A stretch of 64,000 nucleotides of DNA, from contig OZ316776.1 in NCBI GenBank assembly GCA_973851085.1, forward strand, positions 11,966,001 to 12,030,000, written 5' to 3'. Of the stretch, positions 1-15,800 are shown one piece after another. The position numbers and the translations under genes were made by a program. Positions within the stretch are counted from its first letter, which is position 1. Each line of letters opens with the position of its first letter. Source of the stretch: Ptychomitrium polyphyllum (taxonomy: Eukaryota). The notes below the pieces were generated by a model. The model worked only from the letters and a program-made list of their open reading frames with translations, made no database searches and was not told the origin of the DNA.

Positions 1-299
1 TCTTCTGACTCTGAGTAGGTTAGGCAATTTGGCTGTCATTACCATTTATAATAGACTGCCAAAAACATTGAATGGCTATGAAGTTCTTCCTTACAAGTTC
101 GGTCCATTGTAAACATAGATTATCCATAGATTATCCAGTGCAAACACATATTTGTAATTAATAATTGGAGTAGAAAAATGCTAAATATACTGCTTTTCCT
201 TTTCTAAATTAAATAATCAATGTGCGTGGATTTCTGAACGTTTAGGCCCAAAATTGGAAGATATTATTATCTTATTCCTAAAATTTTCATTATCCGACC

Positions 300-3200
300 T
301 TCTGAAAACACTCTCAAGAAAATGTCAAATTTATCATGTGTGACATAAAATAAAGAATTCAATTACCAATTTCAATGATATTTTTAATGATATGTGATTT
401 GATAAACTATCTTTTAGATGAGTGAATGATTATTCATGGAATGCAAACATAACATATTCTAAGAATGCATAACTTTAAGGATTAATATAAAATTCCTTTC
501 AACTTCATTATCTAAATACCTTGGATTACAATACAATAAAGCTCATATGTTGTATAAATGGATTTTTTCTTAAATCAAATGGAATGTAGTTTAAAGAGGC
601 TTTTTTGAATGTGAAGCTAAAAATTTATCATTGTTTTAATTATTCTTTAAATAAGTTCAAAAAAGATTTTTTTATTAATCAAAGATGAAATCTTCAAAGA
701 GAAAAAAATAGAATAAGAAATAATTTTGCATGTGTTAAAAAATGCACTATAATAAGCCCTTGCCACAATTTATCTATATTAAGATATTAGGTCATTAAGC
801 TCTTTTATGTGTGGTTCTATGGAACAAGAGAAATTTGAATTGGCATGTAGAACTATTATAGTATTAAAGCACCTAATACCAAAGTGAAAGTTGGATGAAA
901 AGAAAGGTTAAGCCATTTTTATAAAAAAACAATTATTACATTCATATTTAGTATATATTTTAAATTTTTTGAATCTTCATTAAATTTAATTAAGTCATTT
1001 TATTAAACATAGTTTTTATTCTCTTAAATGTTATACTTTAATATGATTGACAAAAATTTGTCTTTCACATTATATAGTCTTGAGGCTTTTTATATTCTTG
1101 TATTTTCACAAACCATACAATAAGATGGAAACAAATAGTTTTCACTCTTTTTAATTTGTTGGCTTAATAAAAGTATTTCAACTAATTAATACATTTGTAC
1201 TAACTAAAAAATTTAAATTAATTTTTAAAATATTTTTTCTATGTATCAACTTTTTTTTTTAAAAATTTGTAATTAGTTTTTCTTCAGCTTTAGGAACTTT
1301 TGAGATTGATGTTTTAAAAAAAATGTTTAAAAAAATCTATTGCCTCCAAAACCTATTTTGCTTTGTAAGTTACTTTTTTTCTATGGATTATAATTTATGA
1401 ATTAAATATGAAAAAATAAATATACATTTGCTATCTATAATTTCTAATAACATATTTGAAATTTGAAATTTTAAAAATATTAACAATCTTTGATTTGATA
1501 AATTTTTTAGTAAACTTCAAGTATGAGATTTCAATTTTTGAAATTTTTGAATTAAGAGTTTTTATTTTTTTCATTCTTAAACTAGAATATTTTTTGGCTA
1601 AATTTTGCTTTCAACTTATTATTTGGAAATTATCAGTATAAAATTGTTGCAAAAGTCCAAAATTTTCAAGCATTGACTAATAAATATAGGAATCAAGAAA
1701 TATTAAGATGGCTAATAACAATAAAAGATGTTGGCAAAGAAATTAATTTGGATCTAATAGTGGTCTAAACTATGGATGCTTAAACAATAAAGCATGAAAT
1801 TACAATTGCAAAAATAATATGGATAAAATATAAACTTATGCTTTGAATAAAATCATATGATAGAATGTACAATTTAAGTATATTAATATTATATGGAATT
1901 ATAATTTTAAAGATATATTAAGATATAAATTAAATATATAAAAATAACATCATTTTTTAATATTTTTTCTTAATATTGTATGGTGAAGCGTGTTTGTTAA
2001 TCAAACATTTAATTCTTTATACTTAATTCTTTAATGTAACTACACCTTAGAAACACCTTGTTGTAATTAATGACATTCTACCAACTAATAATTAATTAGT
2101 TATAAGGAATAAGGTGGATTCTTAATAACTACAGTTTTAAAAAATTGGCACAAATATCAATTCAAATTTGAGGTGGAATAACAACTATAAGACCTTGGTT
2201 TTAGGAAAAAATTATAGTTTAATAAAAATACATTTTTTTAGATTCACCATGATTTCTTAGCAAATTAGTAGGATTTTAAATATGAAACTATGTGTACCTA
2301 AAACCATGTGAAGCAAAAATCTTTAACACATATAGATATTAACTATTATGTTCAAATCTACATGGGATTTGGATTTTGTATGATCTTTCAATAAAATTAC
2401 ATCCATGATTAGTGGAAAATTCTTTAAAATTCTTCCAAATCTTCATATTGCACCAAATATTATTAAATCTATCAAGAGTCCTATAAAACTTCTCATGAAT
2501 ATTTGCCTCTGATGTAATAGGGAAGGCGTGCCTCAAGCCACTTATTTATAAATAATAAAACTATTAAAACTATTATTCCTAAGATTAATTGTAATTTATT
2601 TGAATTTCTAAATGATATGAGCAATCCAAATTATCTAGATAGTCGTTTTTTTAATTAAAGATGGATTTTTCTTATTAAATATATTTTTTTTTTGAAATGC
2701 ATTCTCAAAGGAGCAACATGACAAGAAACTAAGAGTCTCTTGGTGTTTTGATATCTATAGGATATTCCTACATTTATATCTTTACCACAAGTGCAACAAT
2801 AGTAGAGGTATTATGCTTTTAATTGCATCAACAAGATCATATCTGGATCTTCTCCATGAAAATTTTAATTCTGCTTTATTTAAATTTGAAACATGTTTTA
2901 GCTTGTTTCCATCTTGTATCTTTATTTTGTAATCTTTTGCCATTTATTGTTGTTCATACTCATGTAAGTCCACCTGTTTGTCTTATTTTTCTTCTAATAT
3001 GTTGTGTATCATGTGACATGGCATCAAGTATCAAGCCATGTCAAATGAATGTGGTATAATTGATTTAGGGAAGATTTCATTCATTTAATACAAATTAGAG
3101 TTTGGAGGAGGTATTAGGTAGAGAATTCCTTTGGCTTGGCATTCTTTGCCAAGTCAAGATTTGTAAGTGTGTTTTTGAGAGACCTTGTATTTTAATTTTG

Positions 3201-6200
3201 CTCAGAGATGGTAGTTTAACCATTTAATAAAGCTTTAAGGTTTTCCCTACTTCTTGCATTCTTGAATTATTGCTTTGTAGAATGAGAGCCGCTTAACTTT
3301 ATGGTATAGTGATTTTTTTTTTGTTCACTTAACAAAGAATTGCTACTTTCAATTTCTGAATTGCAAAATATCTCATTTCTCCCTTTTCATTTCCATCTCT
3401 AGAGTTACACAATTTGAGATTTGAAGTTTTTCTTAAAATTCCAACCCTCCCAAAATTTGTTGGATGACAAAAGGGGGGGGGGGAGGGGATCTCAAATTTT
3501 GAGAGAAATTCCTCCAAGTTTGAGGTGCCCATAGTCGCAGGCGCCCTGTAGGTGCTTGCAGGCGTTTACAGGGGGCACTTGAGGGTGTGCTTGCTATATA
3601 TTCTTGTTCGGTTTTTAGTTGCCACAAAACTGATTATGATTGTAACACTCGATCTATTGTATTGAAATTTTTTATTTACACAACATGCTTTTATTTGCCA
3701 TTGTTTATAATCTTATTCAATTCATTGCCATTTTAATATTCTTTGTATAATCTTCACTTTTGTTGATATTCATGTCTTTATTCTTATTTGTTATCTTTTT
3801 TTTTTCTTATTGATATATTTATGGTTTGAATATTTTCTTTTTTTCTTTGATATCCGTTAGTTCATATATTAAATGATAGAAGAAAGAAGATTAATATAAA
3901 AACATCCATTAAAGATATCTTATAACCTTGTATAATATATAATATGTACTAGATTAATTGCTTAAATTATAAACAACTTTATTTTCCTTGGTAAACAATG
4001 AATATGGACAAATTCATTTGAACTACAAAAAATATGGTGTTTATATAAGCAAAAATGATCTTTTTTAAGGTACCTATTTATGGACATTTTAAATATTCGT
4101 TAAAGTTTTTTTTAAATTGGTAAAGAAAATAGGGATGAATGATTTCTTTTTTTCAATTTTCAATATTTTATATATTTAATTTTTTGAGGTGGTAATTATA
4201 GACATAATATAATATAAATATTAAGTTTTGAATTTGGTATATTAAAAAAACTATTTTAGTAGAGTATTTAACGGACATATTCAACTTTTAACCTTCAAAA
4301 TATGTACATGCAATAAGTGATTTCGAAACAATTGTTAATTATGGTGGTGCAATATTGAAAAATCTAAAAAGTTGCATACAACTTAAAATTGACACTTCAC
4401 TTGTCAATATATAATTAACTTATTTGAGTATAAACCTCTTTGTTATGAAGAAATTATTATGGTCACATAGAATCAATCTTCTAATTAAGAATGGTTAATA
4501 ATTCATTCTTAAGTGCACAAGAATTTGCAAATATTGTTTATAAATTGTAAATGCTACACAGTTAATTTTAATAATGCCAATGTAATATGCTTAGTTGAAA
4601 CTATGAGCAAAGCATATTTTCAAAACTCTTATACTCACCTAAGGATCTTTACTTACATCTATCCAAGGATCTTTATTTCCACTTACATAGGAATTTTTAC
4701 ATATTACTTTTTTTTAAAACATCATTTTCCCTTATAAACATGTAAAAGGTACGTGGAGTATTTTTGTCTATGGTATTGATGCAATTTTGTTAAAAACCTT
4801 CATTACATACAAATTTTTGATAATATTATATTTTGTAAATAATCTAAAAAAACTCAATATTATTTAGATTCTTTTGTCTCTAAGGAAACAATAGCAAGTA
4901 AGACTTATGCCTATTCAAAAGCAAATAAACAAGTTTGAATAATAAGATTAAGAAATAAAGAATGAATAACAAAAACAAGAATATGGACATTAATAATAAT
5001 GAAAATCATATGGTGAGATTGAAAAGACAAGATTGAAAAAAATAAGACTTTTGAACAACATGATTGTTTAGAAATAAATTGAAAATTTGGGAACAATAAA
5101 AGAATGAAGATTAAATGACCAACACCAAGATAGCTTTTATTTGGGCAATTTAAAAGGCCCTCATTTGATTGTCACAAATTCCATGTCAAATATTTTAAAT
5201 CTAGTGGAATTTTCACATTTGAGCTTCAATGGCATCTAAAATCATTTATTCTTCATCCATAATGAGTCCAAGCTGAAGGATTCTTGCGCCTTTGTATTTT
5301 TTTAGTTTTTAAACATATTTAACAATGATGTTTTTAAAAATGTAGAAGTGATTTTGATATAAAACATTTAAACATGGTAATTATGTTTGAGGTTTTTACT
5401 AAGTGATTCCTTTTTTTTGAAGGAGAGAGGAGGAACAAAAGATAATTTTAAAAATTAATTGTGGATCCTTAAATTCTATGTTAAAATTGTAATTTTGTTA
5501 TCAAAGTAACAAATTTGCTATGTAATTGTTGTAGTAGTTTCTTTATACTTCAATATAAAGATTTTGCACATGAAAGCAATACTAACATTAAAGTAAAGAT
5601 TTATTTCTTTCTAATAATTGGTTGCAAATTGCTAAATGCACAATGATAAATAATCTAATTATTTTTTTGAATTTGAATTATATTTCAAACACTTTTTAAA
5701 AAAAAATTCAAAATACATATAATGTTATGCTCTTAATATCAAGCATTTTTTTAACCTTAAAAAATATAAACATGTATTAATATGGATTTTACTAAGAAAT
5801 TACCAAATAATACTGCTCCAATTTCTTTGTGACATATATTTACCTTCTTTGACCTTTATTTTTTATTTTATTTTTCAAATTCATTTAAGTCCTAAGGATA
5901 TTTTATTACTTCCATGATATTCCTACAAACTACTCCAATCTTTAGCATTTTGAATTTGTCCACTTGCAACTTTTATTTATTTTTTCCTTCAAAACCTTTG
6001 ATTTATCTTCATTTGTTTCACTACTTCTACAACTATTCTTTCTTCCAATATTTCTCTTTCCAAAGCCTCTAATGGATCCATTTAGTTGAAGTTAAACTCA
6101 TTATTGTGGTTTTATTACTTTTCATATAGATGTTTGTATTTTGTTACATTGATCAAATTTGTATGATTAAAAACCAATCAAAATAGCATTCTATGTCCAT

Positions 6201-6800
6201 TTATATTGAGTACGAATTAGGTAGTTATATAATTTGATTTGAAATGGTCTTCAACGATCTCATTTACATTGTTGTTATTTGCTTCCATAATAAGTTATAT
6301 GGTTTTGCAAAACTTCCAACTGTGTGTCTTTTAATTTCTGTAAATGTTATTCTTAATGTATTCATTTTTCTTTCTGTCAATATTTTTGTTTGATATTTTT
6401 TGCCACATGTAATGCATACATCAATTCTAGAAGATAACTGAAGCTCAGCAATACACAGATTATCTTTTAGAGCACAAAAATTGAAGCATGTAGAATTGAA
6501 CTACCATTTTTTTCCTTCCTAAAATTGATGAATGTAAAATATTGGAAGCAATATGTCCTTAATGTATATCTTATCTCCTAGATTAGATTCCAACACTGCA
6601 TCCTTGTTGGCTTTGAGGTATAGTAGTTGTTTTTGTTGTGAGATATGGAGTAGAAACAATAAACATTTGATTCATGCAAGTTTTTTAAAGACCAAAATTG
6701 CTTTTATGAAAATATATGCTACAGTTCTACAATGATTATTATTTTTTATTTTTTCATTTTTTCATTTTTATTTCAATAAAAAAAAAATTAGACAATATAA
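300..6800. other. Very AT-rich non-coding DNA, probably heavily decayed transposon remnants (similar blocks at ~10100-12400, 17850-20700, 40900-51750, 62600-63700)
   Basis: Extreme AT content, CpG depletion and no credible ORFs. I could not confidently identify RT/integrase motifs, LTR pairs or TIRs, so TE origin is inference. Confidence 0.4.
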
Positions 6801-9800
6801 TCATTTTGAAAGATTAACCAAACACGAGCCATTTATAGAAGTTATTTGCTATACAACTAAAAACCAGAAAGACCAACCTCACGAAAATGAAATCAACTGC
6901 CTATATGAGTGAGTACAAGAGAACATGGGTATGGTTTGGAAAATCACAAGTTAAAAGAATTTGATTGCCACACACGTTATCTTGCAAACTTTTCTCCTCT
7001 ATCCTCATTAGAAAAGTTGAGAGGTTTCTCTAAATCTAGACTTTTTAGTGATTCTGAGTTGCCAAATTTATGGAAAAGTCCAAGTTGTTATATAGCTCTT
7101 TGGATGACTGTATTGGATGACTGTAATAGAGTACTAAAACCTCATCAATGTAAAATATGTTTTAGAAATCAAAAAACAAACATTATGTGTAAAACGGAAT
7201 GAAACAGTATGTTTTTAGTTTTGAAACGAACTCTACCTGATACGTACGAGTCCATGGCTGATACCCGTATTATATACGGTCCAGGAGCACTGTTAATGGG
7301 ACTGACGACCTGTTTTCTCATCTGATCCAGAATTCCCGGACATGAGAATGTCCATGTCATAAGTGAGCTCATTATCCTGATTGGGTGGATGGTGACAGTG
7401 GTGCTACAGAAATGAATGGCAAACCAAGCAATTGGGTTTGAACAACCTGGTCATTCCGCTTGCTTAGGGAAGGGAAAACAAGCTTAATTTCAGCCATATC
7501 TGATGCCTCTATTGTCCTGGTTCCAGTGAACAGAGGTTTATCTACTATATCAACTGATTTCCAATCAACGCCAGAATCAGCATATATACTTAGACCTCAA
7601 AACTCCAAAGTAATATCTCTGCTGGTACTATGTATTATAATATATTCCATTCTGAATATATTTACCGTTTTTGTTCTTGCTTATCTTGTGTTCTTCCTGA
7701 AAGGATTCCTTACATCTCCCCTGAGGATTATGAGAGTTTTCCTTCCAGAGGTTAATCCTGAAAAAAGTTTGATCAAATCACAGATCCATGATAAGAGGAC
7801 AGAGAGTTGGTGCTTATACTCAGGGTACAAGAGTAGTACTCAAAGTTCTTATCTACCAGAGCTTATGAATAATCAGTACCATACAGACATTGGGTTTCAT
7901 GGTTCACTGTTGCTATATTTCATAACATTCCTTAGCAAAGACTACTGGTCATCCTGGAATGAATTTAGGAACGACATGCCTAGGAGCAGGACAAGCATCC
8001 TGTGAAACCGGACTAAGTATATCAGAAGTCTGTCACCTCAATAACGGAGGACCTTAGAAATAACTTGAATAATGCCATCTGCAAATACTCCCAACAAACA
8101 TTAGCCAATAACTGGATTGAGGGCTCAGTTGGCTAAAATTTGCTTTCACCCTAAAATTTGCTTTCACACTTCATCCTAACAAGTTTGAGTTAACATGGCT
8201 AAACTATCCACACAATTACCACACAGCAGCTGGTCCCTGAAGCCCGCAGGGATGTGAAGTGGACATTCTCTGTGTATGAGCTATGATCATGTGGGGCATC
8301 CATATTTTTGTTTGCCAGCATAAGGTAGGCCTGCAAACAGTTTGGTTCACATTTTCAACCCCTATCTACACATTTGGAACATTATATTTCACCATGTCCA
8401 CCACCTCTAGATGCGCACATATCCACAACTCCTTAAACTGGATGTCCGGGTACTTAAAGCACTTGGTAACAAGGTTCCTAATTTTCACTACACAACCTGA
8501 TTTCCACCAAAGGTGCCATTTGGTGCAGCACAAATCAGATAAGAGTTTTCCTATGAAATATGGAAGGGTGCAAGTTTGATTTCAAACAAGTGCACCTGTT
8601 GAATGTTTATAACGAGTTTTTCACCACATTATAAACTTTTAAACGAAATTTGGACCACCAGACTTATGGAAAGTCATCCAACCTAAATAGAATTATGATT
8701 TCAATTTTGGGCATCATTGTTTTTAGCCAAGTGACGATAGTGCCTAAAATTTATTATTGTAATTCCACTAAAAAATGAGGTGTCTCTCCATAAATTTGGT
8801 GGTTTAGATTCACTAATTTTTTTTGTGTTATGAAAACTCTTTTCTAACATTGGGAAGTTATGGGTTCCATACCCCATGGCATTCCAGAGCTTTGCATTAG
8901 TTTTGTAATCCTTTTGAACTATAAAACAAGATTTTCCCAATTTCTAAGACATTATTTTGAGACATGATTTTTGGTCAACTCCATTATAATAACAAGAAAC
9001 CAACTTAATTTTATAAAAAGATTGTAAAGAATTTTTTATTGCAGAATTTGACATAGGAAATGCTAAGAGGTACAATTTTTAAAGATACTGGTTTTGTGGG
9101 ATTCAAACTTGTGATGCCCCAACCCTTCTACATACCGGGATCCTGGGCTATCTGCCACTGGGTCAGCTCCCATAGCTCATATAACGTTACAGAAAGTTTA
9201 ATTTCTGGTTTAGGAAGCCTTTCAAGTCCTGCAAGTTTTGGTTTAAGTGGACAGAAAGAGGGCTTATTGCCTTAGAGGTTTCCCATTGGTCCCTACAAGT
9301 ATTAAAGGATTGAATTAAGGAGAGTGGTAAGAGAAAGAGTGAAAGTAATCCAATTCTTCACATTGTAAAAATGGCCGTTCTCTAGATTTTATTTATCCCT
9401 TTAGAGATACATGTAGGGACATATGGGAATGCTCTTATGAGCATAACATTTCCAATTCCCTCCGTCCACGGTGACAAGTGTAACCATCTATTTTATTCTT
9501 TGATACCTCACGAACACCACACACACACAAAAATGAAAGGAACTTGGTAGCAATGCAACAAGCGAGATTTAGAAACTTGTGAAAAAGCAACAGGAAATCA
9601 TTAGATGTTCTTTCACCAAATGTCAGTACCTGAATGCTTGAAAATCACCCCAAATTATTTTTTCCGATAGTTTAAGAGCGTGACATACCCCAGGCTGGCA
9701 AGTGTAAGCACAGGGACTTTCATGTCTCTGCAGAGGATGCCAGTCCTCTTCACATTTCTCCATCTCTTTGCTTTGGCTTGCTTGTTGAAGATGCATCCTT

Positions 9801-12337
9801 GTCCTTGCTGTTACTGCTGGAGACTGGTGAGCAAAGGCTTATGATTGAAATTAATAGTCACTGATGGGAGCCAGTGCCATTCAAAGTTACTTTTCTGCTC
9901 AATCTTGTACACAAGACTTGCATGGCCCACCTTCACACCCTTGTAAGGCAAATGAATTTTCCTGTGACCCAGCCATTTACCCCTTGAAGGTGTCAATTCT
10001 CTCATGGAGGAAATTTGCAGGTGAAAGGCCGTTTTGATTGTCAACAGCAAGTGGTGGATGCTTGTTTAAGTTGTTAGTATATTCCAGAAACTCATTGTGT
10101 TGCTTTGTTTCTAGATCATTTCTTGGACAAAAATTCTTTTCCTAAAAAAAAAAGAGAAGTGAGGTGACATGGCCATTTGAAAGATAAGGAAAGGTACTTT
10201 TAGCTAGTACACCCATGAGGAGCTCAAACTTGCTCCTTGCAAAATGGGAAATTCATAATAAATGCTAATGAAAGCATATGGTAGTGAATGTATGAAGGTA
10301 TGATTTTAGATTGGTGATTCTCAAAAAAAAATCTCAATATCAATTGAATATGGATTTGATATGAATTTAATCATGGGTTTATATCCTTGAAAGATAGTAT
10401 TACATTCAACAAAAGAATGTCCAAAACAATATGAATTTGCATTGCATTTCAATACATATGAAGAATTTATATATATGAACTTTGGCTTGAAGAATGACTT
10501 GAATTTGGTGATGTTTAGATAATGTTAATACAATTTTGGATAGGATGTGTGGATAATGACAACTTTTCTTCCAGAGCTAATTTAATAAATGAATATATCA
10601 AATAGCCCATTTATAGATCCTTGATACATAGTAAATTCATTCCAACATGAAATTGTTAAATTTTAAAACTTTAGTTGGATATTTATTAGATTGACTTTGC
10701 ATAAATGATAAAGAAAAATACATAATCTTGATAGAGATAAAAATGTGACTTTTCATAAATAATATATAGTATTCAAATTAAAACATCAGACTTCAATTTG
10801 ATGTTTTAACTTCAATCATTATTAAAAAAATCATACTACGATTTTATTTGGGCAACTTTATAAAATTTGGTTCAAGAAAGACATAAAAGGTGCATTTAAA
10901 TTATGGCATGTAAACTAAATATAATGTATTGTAAAAGAAATTAATTAAATATAATATCTATGACCATTATGAGCATGAGATTGAAATCCTTTTAAAGCTA
11001 CAAAAAGTTTCTTTCAAGCTTTAGTAACATTTTCCTTGCCTAAGCCATTTAATAATTGTTTTCACTAATTTCATTTTATAGCAAGTATAAAAATATATAA
11101 TATGCAACTATGCCAATTAGGATCTTTTTTTTGAAAATGATTATTATCCATTATAATAAAAAAATTGGCAATTTAAAACTTTTTATATAATGAAATTTGG
11201 ACAATTTAATTTCATATACTTATTTAATATATGATATACTCATATACTCAATTAAGTTTTTTTGAATAATTGGTCAAATTTCAGTCACAAGAATGTAATA
11301 TTTATATTTAAATTATAATCTAAATGATACTAAAATAATTATAAAGTGGCTTATTTCAAAAAGCTTTTTAAAGGTGGAATTTTATTGAAATAGCAGCACA
11401 AAGATAATTTGATTTTTTATTAGATCTTTGTTAAAATATGTATCTTTTTCCTTATAAAAATTCTTATTAAAAATTCCACATTATTTATAAAACACAACCA
11501 TAAGAGCCGCTTACGTACTTAAGAATTAATAGTACCTTTTTAATAATAGCAATATTATTAACTATTATGTCAATTACAAGACTATGAATATTAGATTTTA
11601 TAGTAAAAAATTTCAAAATTATTAGAATACTTATTTTTTTATAAATTTTAAAAAAAATTAAATAAAATTTTAAAATATATATTCATATTAGAAAACCAAA
11701 ATACATAAACAAATCCAATAATCTAAAATTTTCACAAAAACATCAAAATATAGTTGTAAAAATAAAATTGCTACATTTTTGTGATATGAAACTAAACTTT
11801 TTGGACGTTTTAAATGTATCAAATAGGTATCTTTGTCTCTAAGACTCAAATGAGTCAAACCACCTACTTGATACGTTTAAAAACCATAAAAATCAAAATT
11901 TAAAATTTAAATTGCAAAATATTTACAATGCATTTGTATATACCTATTATGAAGAGATGGCTTATTAATTTTGTTATCTTCTTGGATTAGAAACAAACAC
12001 TTTCCTATTATTTAGAATATAAAAGGGTTGTCCTATACTTTGTGGTACTCCAAATATCACAAACATTGAAAATGAAGAATGAACATGAAAATGAAGAAAT
12101 TTTTATGACACAAAGGTTTCTGCATTTAAATGAGGAGCTTTGTACACTCATTATTGCCATTATTGTATTAGTGTGAGATTTTGCTTTAATCTATACATTT
12201 AATTCCAACAAGAACTTCTTAAATTAGTCCAAGAATGTAATGATATTTTTCAATGATGTATCCTTTTATGTTATTTCATAAAATTTCATTTTATGAACAA
12301 TTATTTCGTTTTTTCAAAGATGTTACTGTAACAACAT

Positions 12338-12401
12338 TTTGTTAATTTTTGTTCACATTAATTTGGATATTTGTTAATTTTTGTTCACATTAATTTGGAT
12401 A
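12338..12401. repeat. 32-bp direct tandem duplication (TTTGTTAATTTTTGTTCACATTAATTTGGATA x2)
   Basis: Two adjacent identical copies starting at 12338 and 12370. Confidence 0.85.
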
Positions 12402-12832
12402 CTAAAATATTAGTCACACTTTTCTGCCACAATCACCCTGACTCGCACTTTTTCCCAATACCATAATACCAAAATTACTCTAAGAATGCTTCATTACTGT
12501 GACACTCTTATCTTATAATTTATTTTTGTTTGTTTTCAGAAGTTCTAACCGTCAATCATTGCTTCTACATGCTCAGACAGGCTTTCATCAAACTTTCTAG
12601 TAGATTGTGATAGACTTTTGAAGATGTAAGTTCACATTTCTAGATTGCTAGTTGCTTGCATTGGATCAGAATCAATTTATACTAGATCTTTAACATATGA
12701 ATCATCTTCGTTTGCATCCAGAATTTGCTGCCACTGTGCAACTCAATGCTGCCCGGACTGAAATGTTCAATGGGACCTTAATAGCACAACGTACTATAGT
12801 AGGAAATCGCAATCATAAAGAAAGCGATCTTC

Positions 12833-15800
12833 CTACAAAGCATTAAGTGCTTCAAGCTGTTTTTGAAGCTCATCCAAGTCTCCTCCAGATTGCACGTAAT
12901 CATCCCCTGTCATCTCAGTTTTGTCCAACAGGTCCGCCTCAGGAAGCTCCCGCAGCAAACCATCTGGTAAGTCCTTTGCTAAGAATTCACATGCATTAAG
13001 TTAGGAATGGGTCAAAATTAAGCTTAACAACTTCATTTCATTGTTAAGGAATCTTTCCATAAATGTTTTAGGATACCTTAGGATACCTTTCTGCGATAAT
13101 CTTAAATCAACGAGTGGACGGAATCACGTAGCCTAAATGTCATCTGTGGGATACAAATTAGGGGATAACTGTTGCACTAAAACGATAGGGGAAAAGGATC
13201 TTACTGGCTGTTGAGGATTCACTGGCAAAACCGCTGAGAACCGCGACATTATCGTCATCATTCACTAAACTGCAAGAGCAAGACCACAGAAAGTGAAATC
13301 ATTAGTGAATTCCTTGGTTGTGAAAGCATCTCAAATCAAAGGCATGACAGATGACTCTGGAAATGATACTGAGCTGAAATAACTTGTTGATTGGACTGAA
13401 AATAGATAAAATGTGACAGTCGAAAAATAGGCTTTAGAAATTCCCAACTTGACAGAGCACCTTCTACAGCGAGTTGAACTCGTCACTGCACACGTCTCTA
13501 AACGGTTTACACTAATCCAACCAGGAAGGAATGAAGAGAATTGTTTAACTACTGACCTAATGTTCCACTCATTATCAGAGTGAAGTGGCACTTCTGCTGC
13601 TCGACTAGCCTCGTCCGCAGCTGCTTCAGCTTTAAGCCTTGCAGCAGCATCTCGGGCAGGTTTATTTGTTTCATACTCATGCTGCCAGTGCATAATGTAT
13701 CAGAGGTCAGTGTTCTGTGTTCTAACATATGCCAAATTCGTGATGTGTAGGTTACAAACATAGCTTCTTTTGCCAATCATATAACATACATACAGGTAGA
13801 GACCTCTTATATAACGGCGTTTTTATTTACCTGACATTCTAAACAAGCTGTATTAGAGCATTGAGGGTTTGGCCGCATCTCCATAGTTGGGAAAAAGTCC
13901 TTCAGCGCACTGTAACCCTGTGATGCATAACAGAAGAAACAATTGGGGTCAATACCCAATAACGTGAGAGTGCCCAATAAGTTTTCTCTAATAAAGGATA
14001 ACCTTCGGTGCTCAATTTAAGGAACCTTAACCTACCGTATAATCTAGACAGAACCGATTTTCTCAATGCCATTACACATTCTCCTACTAGGTGGTAAGTT
14101 AAACCAGTCATGAGGACTCGGTTACTGGATTATGAAATTGAGGATACTTGAGACATGTTAAACGCAAAACTGGTGCAAATGTACCAAGTATTTAGAGACA
14201 AGGCCGAATTGGAGTAAATACTTCAGAGTATTCTGTACTAACAGCCCTGCAACAATTCCCTGCCCAAAATTCAACATCAGCAACACTGCTTGGCAGGAAC
14301 CAAAAACATGCCATCTTTAGGCAAATTGAAACCATGGACGCGATTCATTTGCAACGAGTCACAGCGAGGGCAGAATTTCAAGTCTCGTTTGTGAAAAATT
14401 AGAGTTGAGGTCTGGGATACCCAAGTCGGACAACTTCCAGATCCTTACAGAATCTTTATTGTTTGCAATCTGCAAAGTTGTGTACAGCAGTGATTTTCTC
14501 ACCTCGGGTAATCCAGATGTACTTTAAAAGGGTCCGTATCAAGAAGTGATGCTTACCATGGTAGTTGGTAAAGAGGCTGCACATACTCCTTCCCGCTTGA
14601 GAGTTTTCTCATCCACTCCTGACGCCACCACCTGCCATATACCCACCGATCCATTTCACACTTATGCATATCAATTCAGAACACAAACTTAAGCATACTC
14701 GAAATACGTCATTTCATACTTCTATAAAACAAAATATTCTTGGCCGTCAAGTGAACATCTTGAATTCTGTACTCGAATCTAAGTTCTGTAGAATCAAGTG
14801 AAGTTTTCTGGAGTAATCATACCAAGGGGGGAGCACAAGCGAAGCAAGCAGTTTCGCCAGGAATCAACAATTGAATATGACCAGACACTGCATCCTCAGA
14901 AACACCTGCAAGTTTCAGAGGAGAAATTACATGTTATCAGGCTTTCAATAGATCAGCAACAAGATGAGTAAGATTTTCAAATGAATCTGTATGGAGAGTG
15001 TATGCCTTCACATGTGAACCCAAGTAGCAGAATTAGATGAGTACTCTAGTGTAGAATCGTTTCCAGTTCCAGCTAATGCTCCAGCACGCTGTGCTAGAAC
15101 AGCAATGTATCTCAAAATGCCAGCAAAACAACCGAAACTACACAAAATATGAGAAATTATATTTTGACAATTATATTCTTTACAAGCCTTTCTAGTGAAA
15201 TACATATATCCAAGTGCATGTACCTGATTCCATCCAAGTTTGGCGTAGTTCATTGCAAGCCTGGCAATTATACAAGCGCATAAAATGTTGAGCTAAGATA
15301 CTCAATCATGGCATTATTTGAGCTTTCCTATAACATGCAAGGATGAAACTTGAAAATTCACCTTGAAGGGCCATGCTTATTATGTTTCTTACTGAATTTA
15401 GCATGGAGCAAAATTTCTATTACTAAATTGCTAGTGATAACACCAATTCACTGAAAAATACGGTAGAACCTAGTAACTCGCAAATTACACGACATAAGCT
15501 GGTGTCAAACAAAATAGTCGGAATTTCACAGGTGTGTATACCTGATTAACAACCATACGAGCCTCATAATTATCGACACAGCTAAGTACTAGGTCAACTC
15601 CACTTTTGCGTCCACTGCTATTTCCCTTTATGTTTCGGGTTAAGCTATCAGTAAACTTTTTGAAGCCATCCACAGTGGTAATATTCTGTGTGTAACTCTG
15701 CACATAACAATCATAGATCGCAATCCTCAAAAAATACGTCGTCATGAAGTTATGGAATTATTGTAGTAACTACGACCGCAATTAGTGATATGGGTTGAGG

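Noticed and set aside
3469..3650. Poly-G purine tract and a nearby TGTAACAC, reminiscent of a PPT and LTR start
   Set aside because: The two are not adjacent, and no second LTR copy or PBS was found in the window.
7460..8005. 181-aa ORF with a hydrophobic stretch
   Set aside because: Non-ATG start, no recognisable domain and no supporting splice structure.
6930..9130. Short degenerate inverted similarities (CCAAATTTATGGA at ~7062 vs reverse complement at ~8787; ATCACAAGTT at ~6943 vs ~9107) suggesting TIRs of a Pack-type element
   Set aside because: The matches are short, spacing differs between sides, and no target-site duplication was found.
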